A DNA stretch of 64,000 nucleotides from a virus. The position numbers and the translations under genes were made by a program. Numbering within the stretch: the stretch's first letter is position 1; the number at the start of each line of letters is the position of its first letter. The stretch lies in the IMG/VR virus record IMGVR_UViG_3300025030_000045. One strand, 5' to 3'. Of the stretch, positions 36,585 to 46,523 are shown one piece after another. Below the pieces are notes generated by a model that was not told where the DNA came from, ran no database searches, and was given only the letters and a program-made list of their open reading frames with translations.

Positions 36585-37511
36585 ATGATGAATTTTTATT
36601 TTTGTTTATTTTTTCTATTGAGCTGTTCCTTAGCATATGCTAAGGACGATGCTATTGCAATATTCTCAGGACCCGTTGAACGTCACTTAACCACTGACTC
36701 TAAATACACGATCAAGAAAATAATTTCATATGATGATGTTAAATTTAAATTATTTTTCATTAATGATGTAAACGATAAAGAATATAAATCAATAGGAAGT
36801 AAAATTTCATCGAGAATAAAATACGATGAACTTGATTATGTTTTTGTGTTTGAAGATAATACAACGAGAATAACCAACGAAATGCCACTACCGAAATATA
36901 AGGTTGGTTATTTTTTTCTTAGGAACGAAGACACAATCAAAAGGTTAAACGGATCATTTATTTTACGTAGAGATGATTCTATATCGCAATTATTAAAATT
37001 CATGGATGATAATAATATCAGTCTTGATAATTTCTATTTCATCCGCGACAACAACATGGCCTCGTTCAATGCATCTAACAATATTAAGAATGAGCTTTAC
37101 AAAAAGTGTTCTTGGTTTAATACATCAGATCACATTGTAAGAAATATTCAGGAGCTTAGGTGGGAACTCCTAAAAATCAAGGATCAACCGAAAGGCGTAA
37201 TGATCATTCTATTAAATTCGCTACCGAACCATGATATGAAAACACGATATGAAATCGACCAAGTTTTAAACATCATCGCTGTTAATAATTACAAGCATCT
37301 TGATGTCGTTGTTGGCTTTGATGGAAGCAAAAATGGTATTGGTGTTAGTTTGATTAATGAGCCGATAGATGATAAATTATTTTTAAAATTCGTTGGGCGA
37401 GAAGTTGGTGTTTTTTCATCAGTTCAAGTGATGAAGGTTAATCAACAGAAGATAAGACAGATAATCCACGAGAACCCAATATTGAATGAAAATTATAAAG
37501 AGGAACTATAA
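36585..37511 (+). CDS. Secreted/periplasmic hypothetical protein
   Basis: Signal peptide ending in AYA; GAGGTG RBS; alternating alpha/beta pattern. Confidence 0.7.
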   Translation: MMNFYFCLFFLLSCSLAYAKDDAIAIFSGPVERHLTTDSKYTIKKIISYDDVKFKLFFINDVNDKEYKSIGSKISSRIKYDELDYVFVFEDNTTRITNEMPLPKYKVGYFFLRNEDTIKRLNGSFILRRDDSISQLLKFMDDNNISLDNFYFIRDNNMASFNASNNIKNELYKKCSWFNTSDHIVRNIQELRWELLKIKDQPKGVMIILLNSLPNHDMKTRYEIDQVLNIIAVNNYKHLDVVVGFDGSKNGIGVSLINEPIDDKLFLKFVGREVGVFSSVQVMKVNQQKIRQIIHENPILNENYKEEL

Positions 37512-37512
37512 A

Positions 37513-37767
37513 ATGATAAAGAAAAATGCTGATTTAATTTTTGTTGTTCTTGTATGTGCCGTTATTATTTCGGTGTTAGTGAATCGTAGAATAACCACGT
37601 CGGGTATTATTAATTTTGAGAAGTTCAAAGACATATCAAACATAAGCATGGTGTGTATCGATCAGAAAGAAATAAATGAATGTTTTACAAATAGTGGAAA
37701 TCTAAAAATTTCTATTATTCAGGGAGAAGAGAGCAAAGTACTTAAAATCGAATTACATCAGCAGTAG
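37513..37767 (+). CDS. Small single-TM protein
   Basis: GAGG RBS before ATG 37513; LIFVVLVCAVIISVLV helix. Confidence 0.6.
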   Translation: MIKKNADLIFVVLVCAVIISVLVNRRITTSGIINFEKFKDISNISMVCIDQKEINECFTNSGNLKISIIQGEESKVLKIELHQQ

Positions 37768-37776
37768 GAGTTTACG

Positions 37777-38376
37777 ATGACATATCCAGATTACTTCAAT
37801 TTCATACTATCATCTGACATACTCATTCTTGCTATCGTTTTGGCAGTTGCATTTGGATATGTTTTTTACATTCGCCCTAATCTTCAGAGAAAAAAAGAAT
37901 TAGAAGAACAACTAACAAATTCGATTAAAGTTGTGCCTTCTCTTGAAGCAATGATGCACATGTTTGATGATTTAAAAATTAGTGTTCAAGACAAAATCAA
38001 TGTTCTTTTACAGAATCAGAGTGCCGACACTCTTAAAGAAATAAATATATTAAAGGTAGACCTGAAAGAAACAATAAATGAGGTCGATGAAATTGTCAAG
38101 CAACTAAGTAAGACAGATTCAAAGATCGATGTTATTGATGCAAATATTAAAAGTATGATTCGTTCGATGATGGCACTAACAAATATCATTAATAATGTAA
38201 TCAACGAAATCGAAAAATATGATAAATCTATTTCATTCGATAAAACATCTTTAGATGAAATGAAACGGTGTTTGGAAACATCAAAGATCGATGTTAATGC
38301 CATTATGCATATCGTCCAAGATATTCTCTCCAAGAAATTAGAGAATAATAAAATTGACTGCTTTCTTAATGATTGA
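37777..38376 (+). CDS. Single-TM coiled-coil protein
   Basis: AGGAG RBS; N-terminal TM then long heptad-rich region. Confidence 0.7.
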   Translation: MTYPDYFNFILSSDILILAIVLAVAFGYVFYIRPNLQRKKELEEQLTNSIKVVPSLEAMMHMFDDLKISVQDKINVLLQNQSADTLKEINILKVDLKETINEVDEIVKQLSKTDSKIDVIDANIKSMIRSMMALTNIINNVINEIEKYDKSISFDKTSLDEMKRCLETSKIDVNAIMHIVQDILSKKLENNKIDCFLND

Positions 38377-38384
38377 GGTGTAAC

Positions 38385-39317
38385 ATGAATGCATTGCCGC
38401 TAAATCTTTCTTCAACAATTATCCGGCTCGAATATCAGAAAAAGAAGGTTTTAGATAGCACTAAAACCAAAAATGCAATGTGTTGGTGCAGAAAAAAATT
38501 GCTTGAAAATTATACGTCTATTGTGCAGTTGCTTTTAATGAAACTCGTCAACAGCACATACGAGTTTTATGAAGGTGATGAAACAGACATCGAAGATAAG
38601 GTCCTGCATATTAAGGAGTGGTTTCTGAAAACCGCATACGATTCTCTATACGAGAATAATCGAATCTCTAACCGTATGGTTTTATTTTTCAAACTATTAC
38701 AGACACCGCTTGATGATAAAATTTTCAGTGATTATATTGCGAAGCACAAGGTACTTTCTGATATAAATAGGAATATCGACTGCAGAGAAACTATTAAGAG
38801 TTCATATGAAGAATTTGCTGCTGAAATTGCTGCTGAGATATCGGAGTATTTTGATATCTTCATTATGAATGTCATGTCGGTTCAAGTTGATTGTAAAAAT
38901 GTATGTTCTAACATTCTCGTCAATCATGGGGTACCACACCAAGAATCATGTAAGGGTAATTATAAGGAATGTACATTGTGTAAATATTCTTCCTGTGATC
39001 CGGCATGTTCCTATCATGAGAAATTTGTTAATAATGAGAAGCTACATTACATAGTAACAGAAGAACAACTTGATACTCCGGGGTGGATTGAAAATTATCT
39101 CGGTTTGTTTGAGAACTATCACATCAATATTAAAAATGTAACACTTGTTATAGATTACCAACTGTTCACCGCCTCTCACTCGTATAAACATAGCGATGAT
39201 AGTTTTAAATTCATTCTTCGTGCTAGTAATTTATTCAAAAAGACGAGGATCATTAATCATGAATTTGTAGATTTTGGAAAATTCACCACAAATCTTGCAC
39301 CCATGATCGAGAGTTAA
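38385..39317 (+). CDS. Hypothetical protein with Cys cluster
   Basis: GAGGTG RBS; CKNVC..C..CTLC..C..C. Confidence 0.7.
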   Translation: MNALPLNLSSTIIRLEYQKKKVLDSTKTKNAMCWCRKKLLENYTSIVQLLLMKLVNSTYEFYEGDETDIEDKVLHIKEWFLKTAYDSLYENNRISNRMVLFFKLLQTPLDDKIFSDYIAKHKVLSDINRNIDCRETIKSSYEEFAAEIAAEISEYFDIFIMNVMSVQVDCKNVCSNILVNHGVPHQESCKGNYKECTLCKYSSCDPACSYHEKFVNNEKLHYIVTEEQLDTPGWIENYLGLFENYHINIKNVTLVIDYQLFTASHSYKHSDDSFKFILRASNLFKKTRIINHEFVDFGKFTTNLAPMIES

Positions 39318-39318
39318 T

Positions 39319-39792
39319 ATGAGCACTAGCGAATCAACCAACCATCTTAAATCTGGTAACTTCTCAGTTGTCCTTAAAAACCAAAAGACAATCGAGTTCG
39401 TGGTTCAAGAGGTTAATCTCCCCGGGTTAAATCTTGGCGAAATACAAGTTGGTCATTGGACACAAAATCAAAATCGGCCGGGTGATAACATTACATGGTC
39501 AACATTATCAATGACAATTTTATGTGACGAAGAACTTGCTGCCTTCAAAGAAGCATTCAATCACATCATGTCTCTGAAGGACCCATATGATGGTAAGATC
39601 GAGATACAGAATGCAATTTTCGATGCAACTCTTCTTATCACAACGAACAAGAACAATGTCCAACACCGTGTTCAATTCTTTGATGCATGGATACAATCCA
39701 TAGGTGATATCCAGTTCACCACAACCTCCTCTGAAGAGGAACAAATTGTATTTACGATAGAACTACAATACGATTATTATAAGTTCATTTAA
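39319..39792 (+). CDS. 3: Tail tube terminator/completion protein gp3-like
   Basis: NHLKSGNF, EFVVQEVNLPGLNLG, PGDNITW, CDEEL, DATLLI, F.DAW, F..ELQYDYY. Confidence 0.8.
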   Translation: MSTSESTNHLKSGNFSVVLKNQKTIEFVVQEVNLPGLNLGEIQVGHWTQNQNRPGDNITWSTLSMTILCDEELAAFKEAFNHIMSLKDPYDGKIEIQNAIFDATLLITTNKNNVQHRVQFFDAWIQSIGDIQFTTTSSEEEQIVFTIELQYDYYKFI

Positions 39793-39803
39793 AGGGATAT
39801 TTT

Positions 39804-40727
39804 ATGCTCGGTCAATTAGCAATGGTCAATCTCATTCCACAAGATAACGTAAATGTTTTCTTTAGGGATGGAGAAAGCCCAACATCAAATCTTGTCGAAG
39901 TTTATGATGCGTTGGAAAACGGCGTCATAGTTCAACAACCGCTCATTACTGATGCTAATGGTTTCTTTACCCCCGTGTATGCGGCGGAGGGAATTGTTTG
40001 GATGCACTACGGTGACCGCCATGTAATTCCGCTTACGATCATTGAGCCGATGACACCCGACCAACGCGATGGTTTTAATACAGCTCCTGATGTTAGTGCA
40101 GCAAATAGATTCACCACGATGTCAGATCTTAGCGATCTTGAAGAAGGCATCATTACAGCAACAACGGCGATTAGTTTACAGATTGCAGCGGATGCATTGG
40201 CTGCCGAGACATCTCGTTTACAAACAGCTGATAATGTTATCGTCACAACGGATGATCGTGAACAGACAACCGCCGATAGATTAGCAACGGCCGCGGACAG
40301 AGTACAAACGGGACTTGACCGTGCAGCAACAGCGGCTGACAGAGCACAAACCACCCAAGATATAGAGATAACAACTGATAACCGAATTCAGACGGGCCTT
40401 GACCGAATAGCAACAGCGGATGATCGCGTTCAAACGACTGCTGATGCGATTGTGACGGGTAACGATCGTACACAAACAACAGCAGATGCAATTGCAACGG
40501 CCGCAGACAGAGTACAAACTGGACTTGATAGAGTAGCAACGGGTAACGATCGTACACAAACGGGATTAGATTTAATTGCAACAACATCAAATAGCGAGGC
40601 CGCTGCCCAAAGTGTTGTTGACGCCGCCGCGGTTGTTGAAAATACGTTATCATCGCTGGCTGATTTGGCCGCAAGTATTATAAGAACACAGACTATAGTT
40701 GTTCAGCATCATGCGTTTGGAGAGTAA
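39804..40727 (+). CDS. Tail fibre/adaptor-like protein with TAADRVQTGLDR coiled-coil repeats
   Basis: N-terminal QPLITDANGF anchoring-like motif; long 7/14-aa repeat array. Confidence 0.6.
   Translation: MLGQLAMVNLIPQDNVNVFFRDGESPTSNLVEVYDALENGVIVQQPLITDANGFFTPVYAAEGIVWMHYGDRHVIPLTIIEPMTPDQRDGFNTAPDVSAANRFTTMSDLSDLEEGIITATTAISLQIAADALAAETSRLQTADNVIVTTDDREQTTADRLATAADRVQTGLDRAATAADRAQTTQDIEITTDNRIQTGLDRIATADDRVQTTADAIVTGNDRTQTTADAIATAADRVQTGLDRVATGNDRTQTGLDLIATTSNSEAAAQSVVDAAAVVENTLSSLADLAASIIRTQTIVVQHHAFGE
40180..40590 (+). repeat. Degenerate 21/42-nt coding tandem repeat (D-R-x-x-T heptads)
   Basis: e.g. GCAACGGCCGCGGACAGAGTACAAACGGGACTTGA and GCAACGGCCGCAGACAGAGTACAAACTGGACTTGA. Confidence 0.75.
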
Positions 40728-40732
40728 AAATT

Positions 40733-41374
40733 ATGCCAGTAACTGAACAGCAAATAATTGAATTAATCGCCGCAACAACCGATCTCGTTGCTGAAGTCTC
40801 TACCAAGAAAGTTGTCTTGGATAATGCGGTGATAGCAACAGCAGCCGATCGTGTTCAGACCGCTCTCGATGTTACTGCTACATCAGAAGATAGAATACAG
40901 ACGGCGCTTGATGTCCTTGCCACCACACAATCTGCTGAACAGACTAACCTCGATGCTATCCAAACCGCGGCTGATAGAGTACAAACTGCATTAGATCGCA
41001 TTGCCGTTGCATCACTTATATCAAGTCCTCCTGCTACATGGAAGATAATACTTGGCCAACGTGACACACTCGTCAATGTTACTCCTGTTAATGGCAGTAC
41101 TACTGACCTTGATTATAATGCTGGGAGTTATCATATTGACCTATCAGCTCTAACCAATGCTCATGCCGTTGTGTTCACTTCTAGTAATTGGCCGGGTGGC
41201 ATTGCGGATCGGGGCTTACAGGAGATCTTTCTAAAGGTTGGTGCTACATTACCGCTTATCACCTGGCCCGCTGGTTGGGTAACCGTTATCCCAATAGTGT
41301 CAAAAACAAATAACATCACCGTAGACTCAGTTGGTGCCTCTGCCCCGACAATGGTTGCCGGGAGAACATTCTAA
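40733..41374 (+). CDS. Tail fibre-like protein with the same repeat and a C-terminal beta domain
   Basis: TAADRVQTALD repeats; ITWPAGW motif typical of fibre connector domains. Confidence 0.6.
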   Translation: MPVTEQQIIELIAATTDLVAEVSTKKVVLDNAVIATAADRVQTALDVTATSEDRIQTALDVLATTQSAEQTNLDAIQTAADRVQTALDRIAVASLISSPPATWKIILGQRDTLVNVTPVNGSTTDLDYNAGSYHIDLSALTNAHAVVFTSSNWPGGIADRGLQEIFLKVGATLPLITWPAGWVTVIPIVSKTNNITVDSVGASAPTMVAGRTF

Positions 41375-43089
41375 TGGGATGGTTAGCAAAGAAACTTCAT
41401 GCAATTAGCGATGGTGATTATGTCACACAGGGACGGTATTTTGATGGCATAAATGACTATGCAACTCGTACACCAACCGACCTTGGAATTGGTGAGGGAC
41501 CAACCGGCACACTGAGTGTGTGGATAAAAAGTGCGGTGGACGGAACTCTAGGGGTCATCTTATGTAATGCGGGCAATGCTAACGCTGGTTTGTATTTTGC
41601 TAAATATACAACCAATGTTTTCTATCTACGCCTAAGAAATAGTGGCCCGGCTATAATTGTCAGCGCTGTCGCCGGGCAGATTTTATCCTCTGATGGATGG
41701 GTGCATTTTCTTGCTTCATGGGATACAGCCAATCTTAAATTTCATTGGTATCGCAACGATGTCTCGATATCAACTATCGTCCCGTCATCTACGACCAACG
41801 TTGATTATGACTATGGTACTTGGGCGATTGGGGATGAGAACAATGGTGGTGGGCGCTTTAACGGCGATATGTCGGAGTTGTATTTTTCTACTGATTATAT
41901 TGATCTTACGGTTGAAGCCAATCGACGCAAGTTTATATCTTCTACGAGAAAACCGGTTTCATTGGGTCTCACGGGATCATTACCCACCGGAAATCAGCCC
42001 CTGATTTACTTCCCCTATGGTGATCCAACGGACAATCATGGCACAGGCGGTAACTTCACTATGACGGGTGCTCTTGATGTTTCTTCCTCTTCCCCGAGTG
42101 ATCCAGATGGAATTTGGGAGATAGGAATTACGACTACTGATAGTGCCCAGACATTTGTTATTGATATCTCTGCTGGAATAAATCCATTTATTACTATAGA
42201 CTGGGGAATTGACGACCCACAGGTCTTTACTACAACCGGGATGAAGATGAAAACATATCCTCCAAATAGTAGTTATGTAGTCAAGATCAGCGGATCATTT
42301 ACTAGTGGGGGAAATATTAAGCTCAGTAATCCAACACTACTAAGAAGCACGAGTGTTATTCCGTTTATCGCCGGGCTTTCAAGCTTCTATGGAACGTTTA
42401 ATGGATGTACAAATCTCAAATCGGTTCCGGCCGATCTCTTTCGCTATAACCCACAGGTATCATTTAGCGCATTTCTTTCAACATTTCAAAGTGCGGGAAT
42501 AGAAGAAATACCCGCTGGATTATTTCGGTACAACATTCTTGCATCGACTTCAGGATTTCAGGCAACTTTCCGCTATACATCTATAACATCTGTGCCACCC
42601 GATACTTTTCGATATAACACACTAGTATCATCTGCTGGATTTAAGGATACTTTTGGTGGATGTGGTAGTCTTATTAGTATTCCACCAGATTTGTTCCGAT
42701 ATAACACGGCGGTATCTAACGAAGCCTTTAGTAGCACATTTTTAAACTGTACATCACTCGAAAGCGTGCCTGCTGATCTTTTCCGCTACAATATAGCCGC
42801 AAGCACTTGGGGTTTCTATCGCACATTTCGCGGTTGCAATAAAATTCAGCTTAATCGCAACATTTTCTTTGCTGACGGTGAGGAGACTACCCGCTTCGCT
42901 AGTCCAAAACCAACACCAAACTTTACTGAATTTGCTATGTTTACTAGTACGTTCGAAGGTACTCAAGGAGAAGCTCCTCCTCTATGGAATTGTACCTTTA
43001 ATGGTTCGGCGGTCATTACAGATTGTTTTCACGGTCAGCGCATCGAATCGGTTAGTAACTATGGCGATATCCCAGTAGAATGGATTTAA
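41374..43089 (+). CDS. Putative receptor-binding protein: LamG/concanavalin-like domain, PKD-like domain and BspA-type leucine-rich repeats
   Basis: FDGINDY, TLSVWIK, WVHFLASWD, FNGDMSELY; ITIDWG; five vP.dlFRYN...F..TF repeats. Confidence 0.7.
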   Translation: MGWLAKKLHAISDGDYVTQGRYFDGINDYATRTPTDLGIGEGPTGTLSVWIKSAVDGTLGVILCNAGNANAGLYFAKYTTNVFYLRLRNSGPAIIVSAVAGQILSSDGWVHFLASWDTANLKFHWYRNDVSISTIVPSSTTNVDYDYGTWAIGDENNGGGRFNGDMSELYFSTDYIDLTVEANRRKFISSTRKPVSLGLTGSLPTGNQPLIYFPYGDPTDNHGTGGNFTMTGALDVSSSSPSDPDGIWEIGITTTDSAQTFVIDISAGINPFITIDWGIDDPQVFTTTGMKMKTYPPNSSYVVKISGSFTSGGNIKLSNPTLLRSTSVIPFIAGLSSFYGTFNGCTNLKSVPADLFRYNPQVSFSAFLSTFQSAGIEEIPAGLFRYNILASTSGFQATFRYTSITSVPPDTFRYNTLVSSAGFKDTFGGCGSLISIPPDLFRYNTAVSNEAFSSTFLNCTSLESVPADLFRYNIAASTWGFYRTFRGCNKIQLNRNIFFADGEETTRFASPKPTPNFTEFAMFTSTFEGTQGEAPPLWNCTFNGSAVITDCFHGQRIESVSNYGDIPVEWI

Positions 43090-43538
43090 ATATGAAGATA
43101 AATGATAATGGTATTATCAAAACTCTACCAACGGTTGTTCTTGTTAATGAATGTGAAATTCTAGTTAGCACGCTAGCCCAAGCAGAGAGATTTGGGAGAA
43201 TTGAATATGTACCCCCGGCGCCTTCATTACCAACAGCGGAAGATGTTGAATCACAGAAAAACATATTGTTTACTGCTATATGTGAGGCCGCTAGAGTTTA
43301 TGTCGAGCAAGAGTTTGATGCCGCTGGTATGATTCTCGTTGATCGGATGCTTCGTAGGGACCCACCAAATCAGCGAGCACAGGAATGTGATAACTGGGTT
43401 GCTAGTGTGTATTATGCAGCGGAGTATCGCAAGGCAATGGTCACCGCTGATATGTGGCCCAGTGATCAAGACGTCCTTGATTTTAATTCTTTCGGAAAAA
43501 AACCCCACACGATCGCCCAACTTCTAGCAGAATTCTAA
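43080..43538 (+). CDS. Tail fibre assembly-like hypothetical protein
   Basis: Position after fibre gene; Pro-rich linker then helical domain. Confidence 0.5.
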   Translation: MDLNMKINDNGIIKTLPTVVLVNECEILVSTLAQAERFGRIEYVPPAPSLPTAEDVESQKNILFTAICEAARVYVEQEFDAAGMILVDRMLRRDPPNQRAQECDNWVASVYYAAEYRKAMVTADMWPSDQDVLDFNSFGKKPHTIAQLLAEF

Positions 43539-43606
43539 TCAGCAACTTTGTTTGAACATAATAAATAGTTTTATATAACATTAACTTATAACAGAGGAGA
43601 ATAAAT

Positions 43607-43846
43607 ATGAACAAATTTCCGATCATACCGCAAGACAAGGCAAACCACTTTATCGTTGGCGCCTTGATAGGAACGTCGGCTCTACTCATCGGTGGTTACG
43701 CTAGCATTCCGGTACTGGCTGCTGCCATTGGCAAGGAAGTGTATGATCACTTCCACGGAGGTAGTGTTGAGTTGTATGACACTATCGCCACCACCCTCGG
43801 TGGGGTTCTGAGTGTTGGCCTTGTCATTTTGGCCCGTCTGTTTTAA
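43607..43846 (+). CDS. Small membrane protein (DK..HF / KE.YD motif)
   Basis: GAGGAG RBS; DKANHFIVG, GKEVYD, YDTIATTLGG; three hydrophobic segments. Confidence 0.7.
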   Translation: MNKFPIIPQDKANHFIVGALIGTSALLIGGYASIPVLAAAIGKEVYDHFHGGSVELYDTIATTLGGVLSVGLVILARLF

Positions 43847-43868
43847 TCAAGGTTAATCGGAGCAACTT

Positions 43869-44375
43869 ATGTCCTTAGAACAGAGTATAGCAGATCTATC
43901 ATTGGCGGCTACGGAATTGCTTGAGGCAGTTAACGTTTCTAAGGAATCCTTAGATACCGCGGTTGCGTCTGCTGCCGCCGATCGTGTCCAAACGGGATTA
44001 GATAGAATATCAACCGAAGAGGATGCCGCGGCAGCAGCACTAGCAGCATCCTCGGCCACGACGGTTGCCCAAGATGCGCAGACAGCGATGACCAATTTTT
44101 CGCTGACAACGACAGCGTTGCTTGAAGGTGCGGCCATCTCACAGGCAGCACTCAATGAAATTGTTGTTGATACCGGGGAGGTGCGAGATTTAGCAGAAGC
44201 GGCAATTTTAGAAGCAACTAATCTCCGCGATGAATATATAATTATAAAGGATGATGCTCTTGCGGCCGTGGCTGACATGGGAGAAAGAGCAACACTATGG
44301 GGAACCAAATTAACAACAGGACCCGTTCCCCCGCCGAATCCACTTGATGGTGACATTTGGCTCGAGTTCACTTAA
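43869..44375 (+). CDS. Fibre adaptor-like coiled-coil protein
   Basis: N-terminus similar to 40733 ORF; AADRVQTGLDR; C-terminal GPVPPPNPLDGDIWL motif. Confidence 0.6.
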   Translation: MSLEQSIADLSLAATELLEAVNVSKESLDTAVASAAADRVQTGLDRISTEEDAAAAALAASSATTVAQDAQTAMTNFSLTTTALLEGAAISQAALNEIVVDTGEVRDLAEAAILEATNLRDEYIIIKDDALAAVADMGERATLWGTKLTTGPVPPPNPLDGDIWLEFT

Positions 44376-44390
44376 GGAGAATAATATAGT

Positions 44391-46523
44391 ATGCCTAAGA
44401 TTGCACGTGAACAAATCTTTAATGGAAGTCTGGAGACCTCGGCTGTTTACGATTCGACCAAGATCACCTTGGCGGGGTCGCTGGTTAAGCAGAGAACCGA
44501 AGTCGGCAACCCATCCAACAAGTACCTGGGCGTTGCTCCTGTATCCGCTATTCGTGCTCAGGAACTTTCTGGTTGGAATCCAGGTTCAATGCATATCATT
44601 CGTTACGGGAATAAGCATATTTTGTTCTCTGCTGATGGTGCTACAGGAGCAACTCGTCGTGTAGCCGCCTTTACCTACGATCTTCTAACAGAGGCCATCT
44701 CTTATCTTGGTTTTATCACCCTAACCTTCCCCACCGGTATCACCCAGATCATCCGTGGTGTCCGTGCATCAATCCAGCCCTACACCGCTGGGACTGTTGG
44801 TGTAGAGGGTGCAATCGTTACTGGAGTAGGGACAAGCTGGACCACAGACCGTATGTGTGCAGGGAGTCGGATCGGCTTTGGGACCACAGATGCTCATCAG
44901 GTCGTTACTTGGTATGAGATCTTGTCTGTTGACAATAATGGTCAGATTACTTTAACTGCGCCCGCTGGATCAATTCCTGCTGGAACCTCCTATGTTCTGG
45001 AGGACTTCAAACTTGTTGTCTCTACCACCTCGACGACCGTTACTGCAGGAGGTTTAAACGTCGTCAAGGGGATTCGTCTAGATGGCTTCGGTGCAGGGGG
45101 CATCACTGTCCTTGGGGCAACCAACATTGACAATGTTCGTGCTGTCTATCGCTTGAAGGATGCAGCGCCAATTACTAACCAGCAATCAGACGCCGTAACC
45201 TATTACAAGTTTGTCAACTGGCAGACTGAGTGGATAATCGTCCCTGATGGTAACGCATCTAACCTCAAGCTCTATATGTATAACATTCGAGCCCCTCTGA
45301 CGCATGTTGCAGGTGATGGGGCATTGCTGACAGCAGTAACTGAGTGTGTGACAACGGGTATCCAGGTCGTTACTGGTACACTCATGACTTATAATAATGG
45401 GCGTATCGTCACGGCCAATCACGGACCCGGGTTAGGAGTAGAGAGTTTGTATCTTGCTACAACTACCCGTATTATTCGTATTCCAGTTGCAGCCATCCTT
45501 CAGGGGTCAACGGCATTTATTGAGGATCAGATGATCGAAGTTCCTCTTGGAGGCGCTTCCGGATTACCAGCCACAGGAGCTTTAAACTCCCCGGAATATA
45601 GTGCCTCTCTGGATCGGTTCATCTTCAGTGGATTTACTGCCCCGGGTGGTCGTATCTATGTAACGCCTTATCGTTCAGATGGTGGCCAGTTTGAGAATCA
45701 CTTTGGTATGATTAGTAGTTCTTATGACCAATCTATCGCGAATAATCCACTCTTTCCAAAACTCTTTGCCGCCGCCCAGCTCTGGAGCGAGGATGGGATT
45801 CTCTACTGGACAATCTTCGGTGGTGTCGTTTCTACTACCGGTGTTATCTATATTTTCCCCGGCTTCGGTGCCCACTGGGATTATGCTGCAACCACTGGTG
45901 AACGAGCAATTCTTCCGGCTATGAATCTCGGGAGCTCCCCCACTCGTTTCAATCGAGTCCTCGGTGTAGCTAACACACATATTGAGACACTCCCAGGATT
46001 AGTTAAAGTGGTAGAGCCATATCGTATTCTCTATCGGACCGCTGGTATCGCCGACAATAGTGGTGCTTGGACTATTGCCCCACAAGATGGTGACCTTTCT
46101 GGGTTGGCTCCTGCTCCTCAAATCCAGTTTGCTATTGAATGGCTAACTATGGGTGATGTCTGTGTCGTGGCCCAGGTTAAATCAATCTGTCTGATTTACG
46201 AAACAGAGGACGCTCTTCCTGACACCTTCCAATGGAACTTCGGAGATTCCAATGTTGTTGATGGAACATTCGGATTCACCCAGACCGATGCTCTTACCTC
46301 CTGGCCGGCGGTCTTTACTATCAAGATGTACCGCGCAGATACAGATTCACTTATCCTTGAGCAGTCAAGCGATGGTACTCTTCTCGGAGTATTTGAATAC
46401 TGGGACGGCAACGCATGGGTGGTAGGACTTGGTACAAACACAGCAAATATTCGTCGTCGTTTTGTTCCATCTAGTTCTCTTCCGGGTGGTGTTGACCTTT
46501 ACGCTACTCTTCAGGTGACATAA
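44391..46523 (+). CDS. Large beta-rich virion/tail appendage protein
   Basis: AAGGAG RBS; Gly/Thr-rich; GTV....IVTGVGTSW motif of fibre/spike proteins; FEYWDGNAW. Confidence 0.6.
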   Translation: MPKIAREQIFNGSLETSAVYDSTKITLAGSLVKQRTEVGNPSNKYLGVAPVSAIRAQELSGWNPGSMHIIRYGNKHILFSADGATGATRRVAAFTYDLLTEAISYLGFITLTFPTGITQIIRGVRASIQPYTAGTVGVEGAIVTGVGTSWTTDRMCAGSRIGFGTTDAHQVVTWYEILSVDNNGQITLTAPAGSIPAGTSYVLEDFKLVVSTTSTTVTAGGLNVVKGIRLDGFGAGGITVLGATNIDNVRAVYRLKDAAPITNQQSDAVTYYKFVNWQTEWIIVPDGNASNLKLYMYNIRAPLTHVAGDGALLTAVTECVTTGIQVVTGTLMTYNNGRIVTANHGPGLGVESLYLATTTRIIRIPVAAILQGSTAFIEDQMIEVPLGGASGLPATGALNSPEYSASLDRFIFSGFTAPGGRIYVTPYRSDGGQFENHFGMISSSYDQSIANNPLFPKLFAAAQLWSEDGILYWTIFGGVVSTTGVIYIFPGFGAHWDYAATTGERAILPAMNLGSSPTRFNRVLGVANTHIETLPGLVKVVEPYRILYRTAGIADNSGAWTIAPQDGDLSGLAPAPQIQFAIEWLTMGDVCVVAQVKSICLIYETEDALPDTFQWNFGDSNVVDGTFGFTQTDALTSWPAVFTIKMYRADTDSLILEQSSDGTLLGVFEYWDGNAWVVGLGTNTANIRRRFVPSSSLPGGVDLYATLQVT

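Noticed and set aside
38762-38769. TATAAATA as a late promoter
   Set aside because: Mid-gene in an AT-rich ORF, about 550 nt from the next start; likely chance
40180-41000. Repeats as a CRISPR array
   Set aside because: In-frame degenerate coding repeats with 21-nt periodicity and no unique spacers
42380-42850. LRR repeats as diversity-generating retroelement TR/VR
   Set aside because: No reverse transcriptase in the window; differences are not adenine-specific and the copies are tandem within one gene
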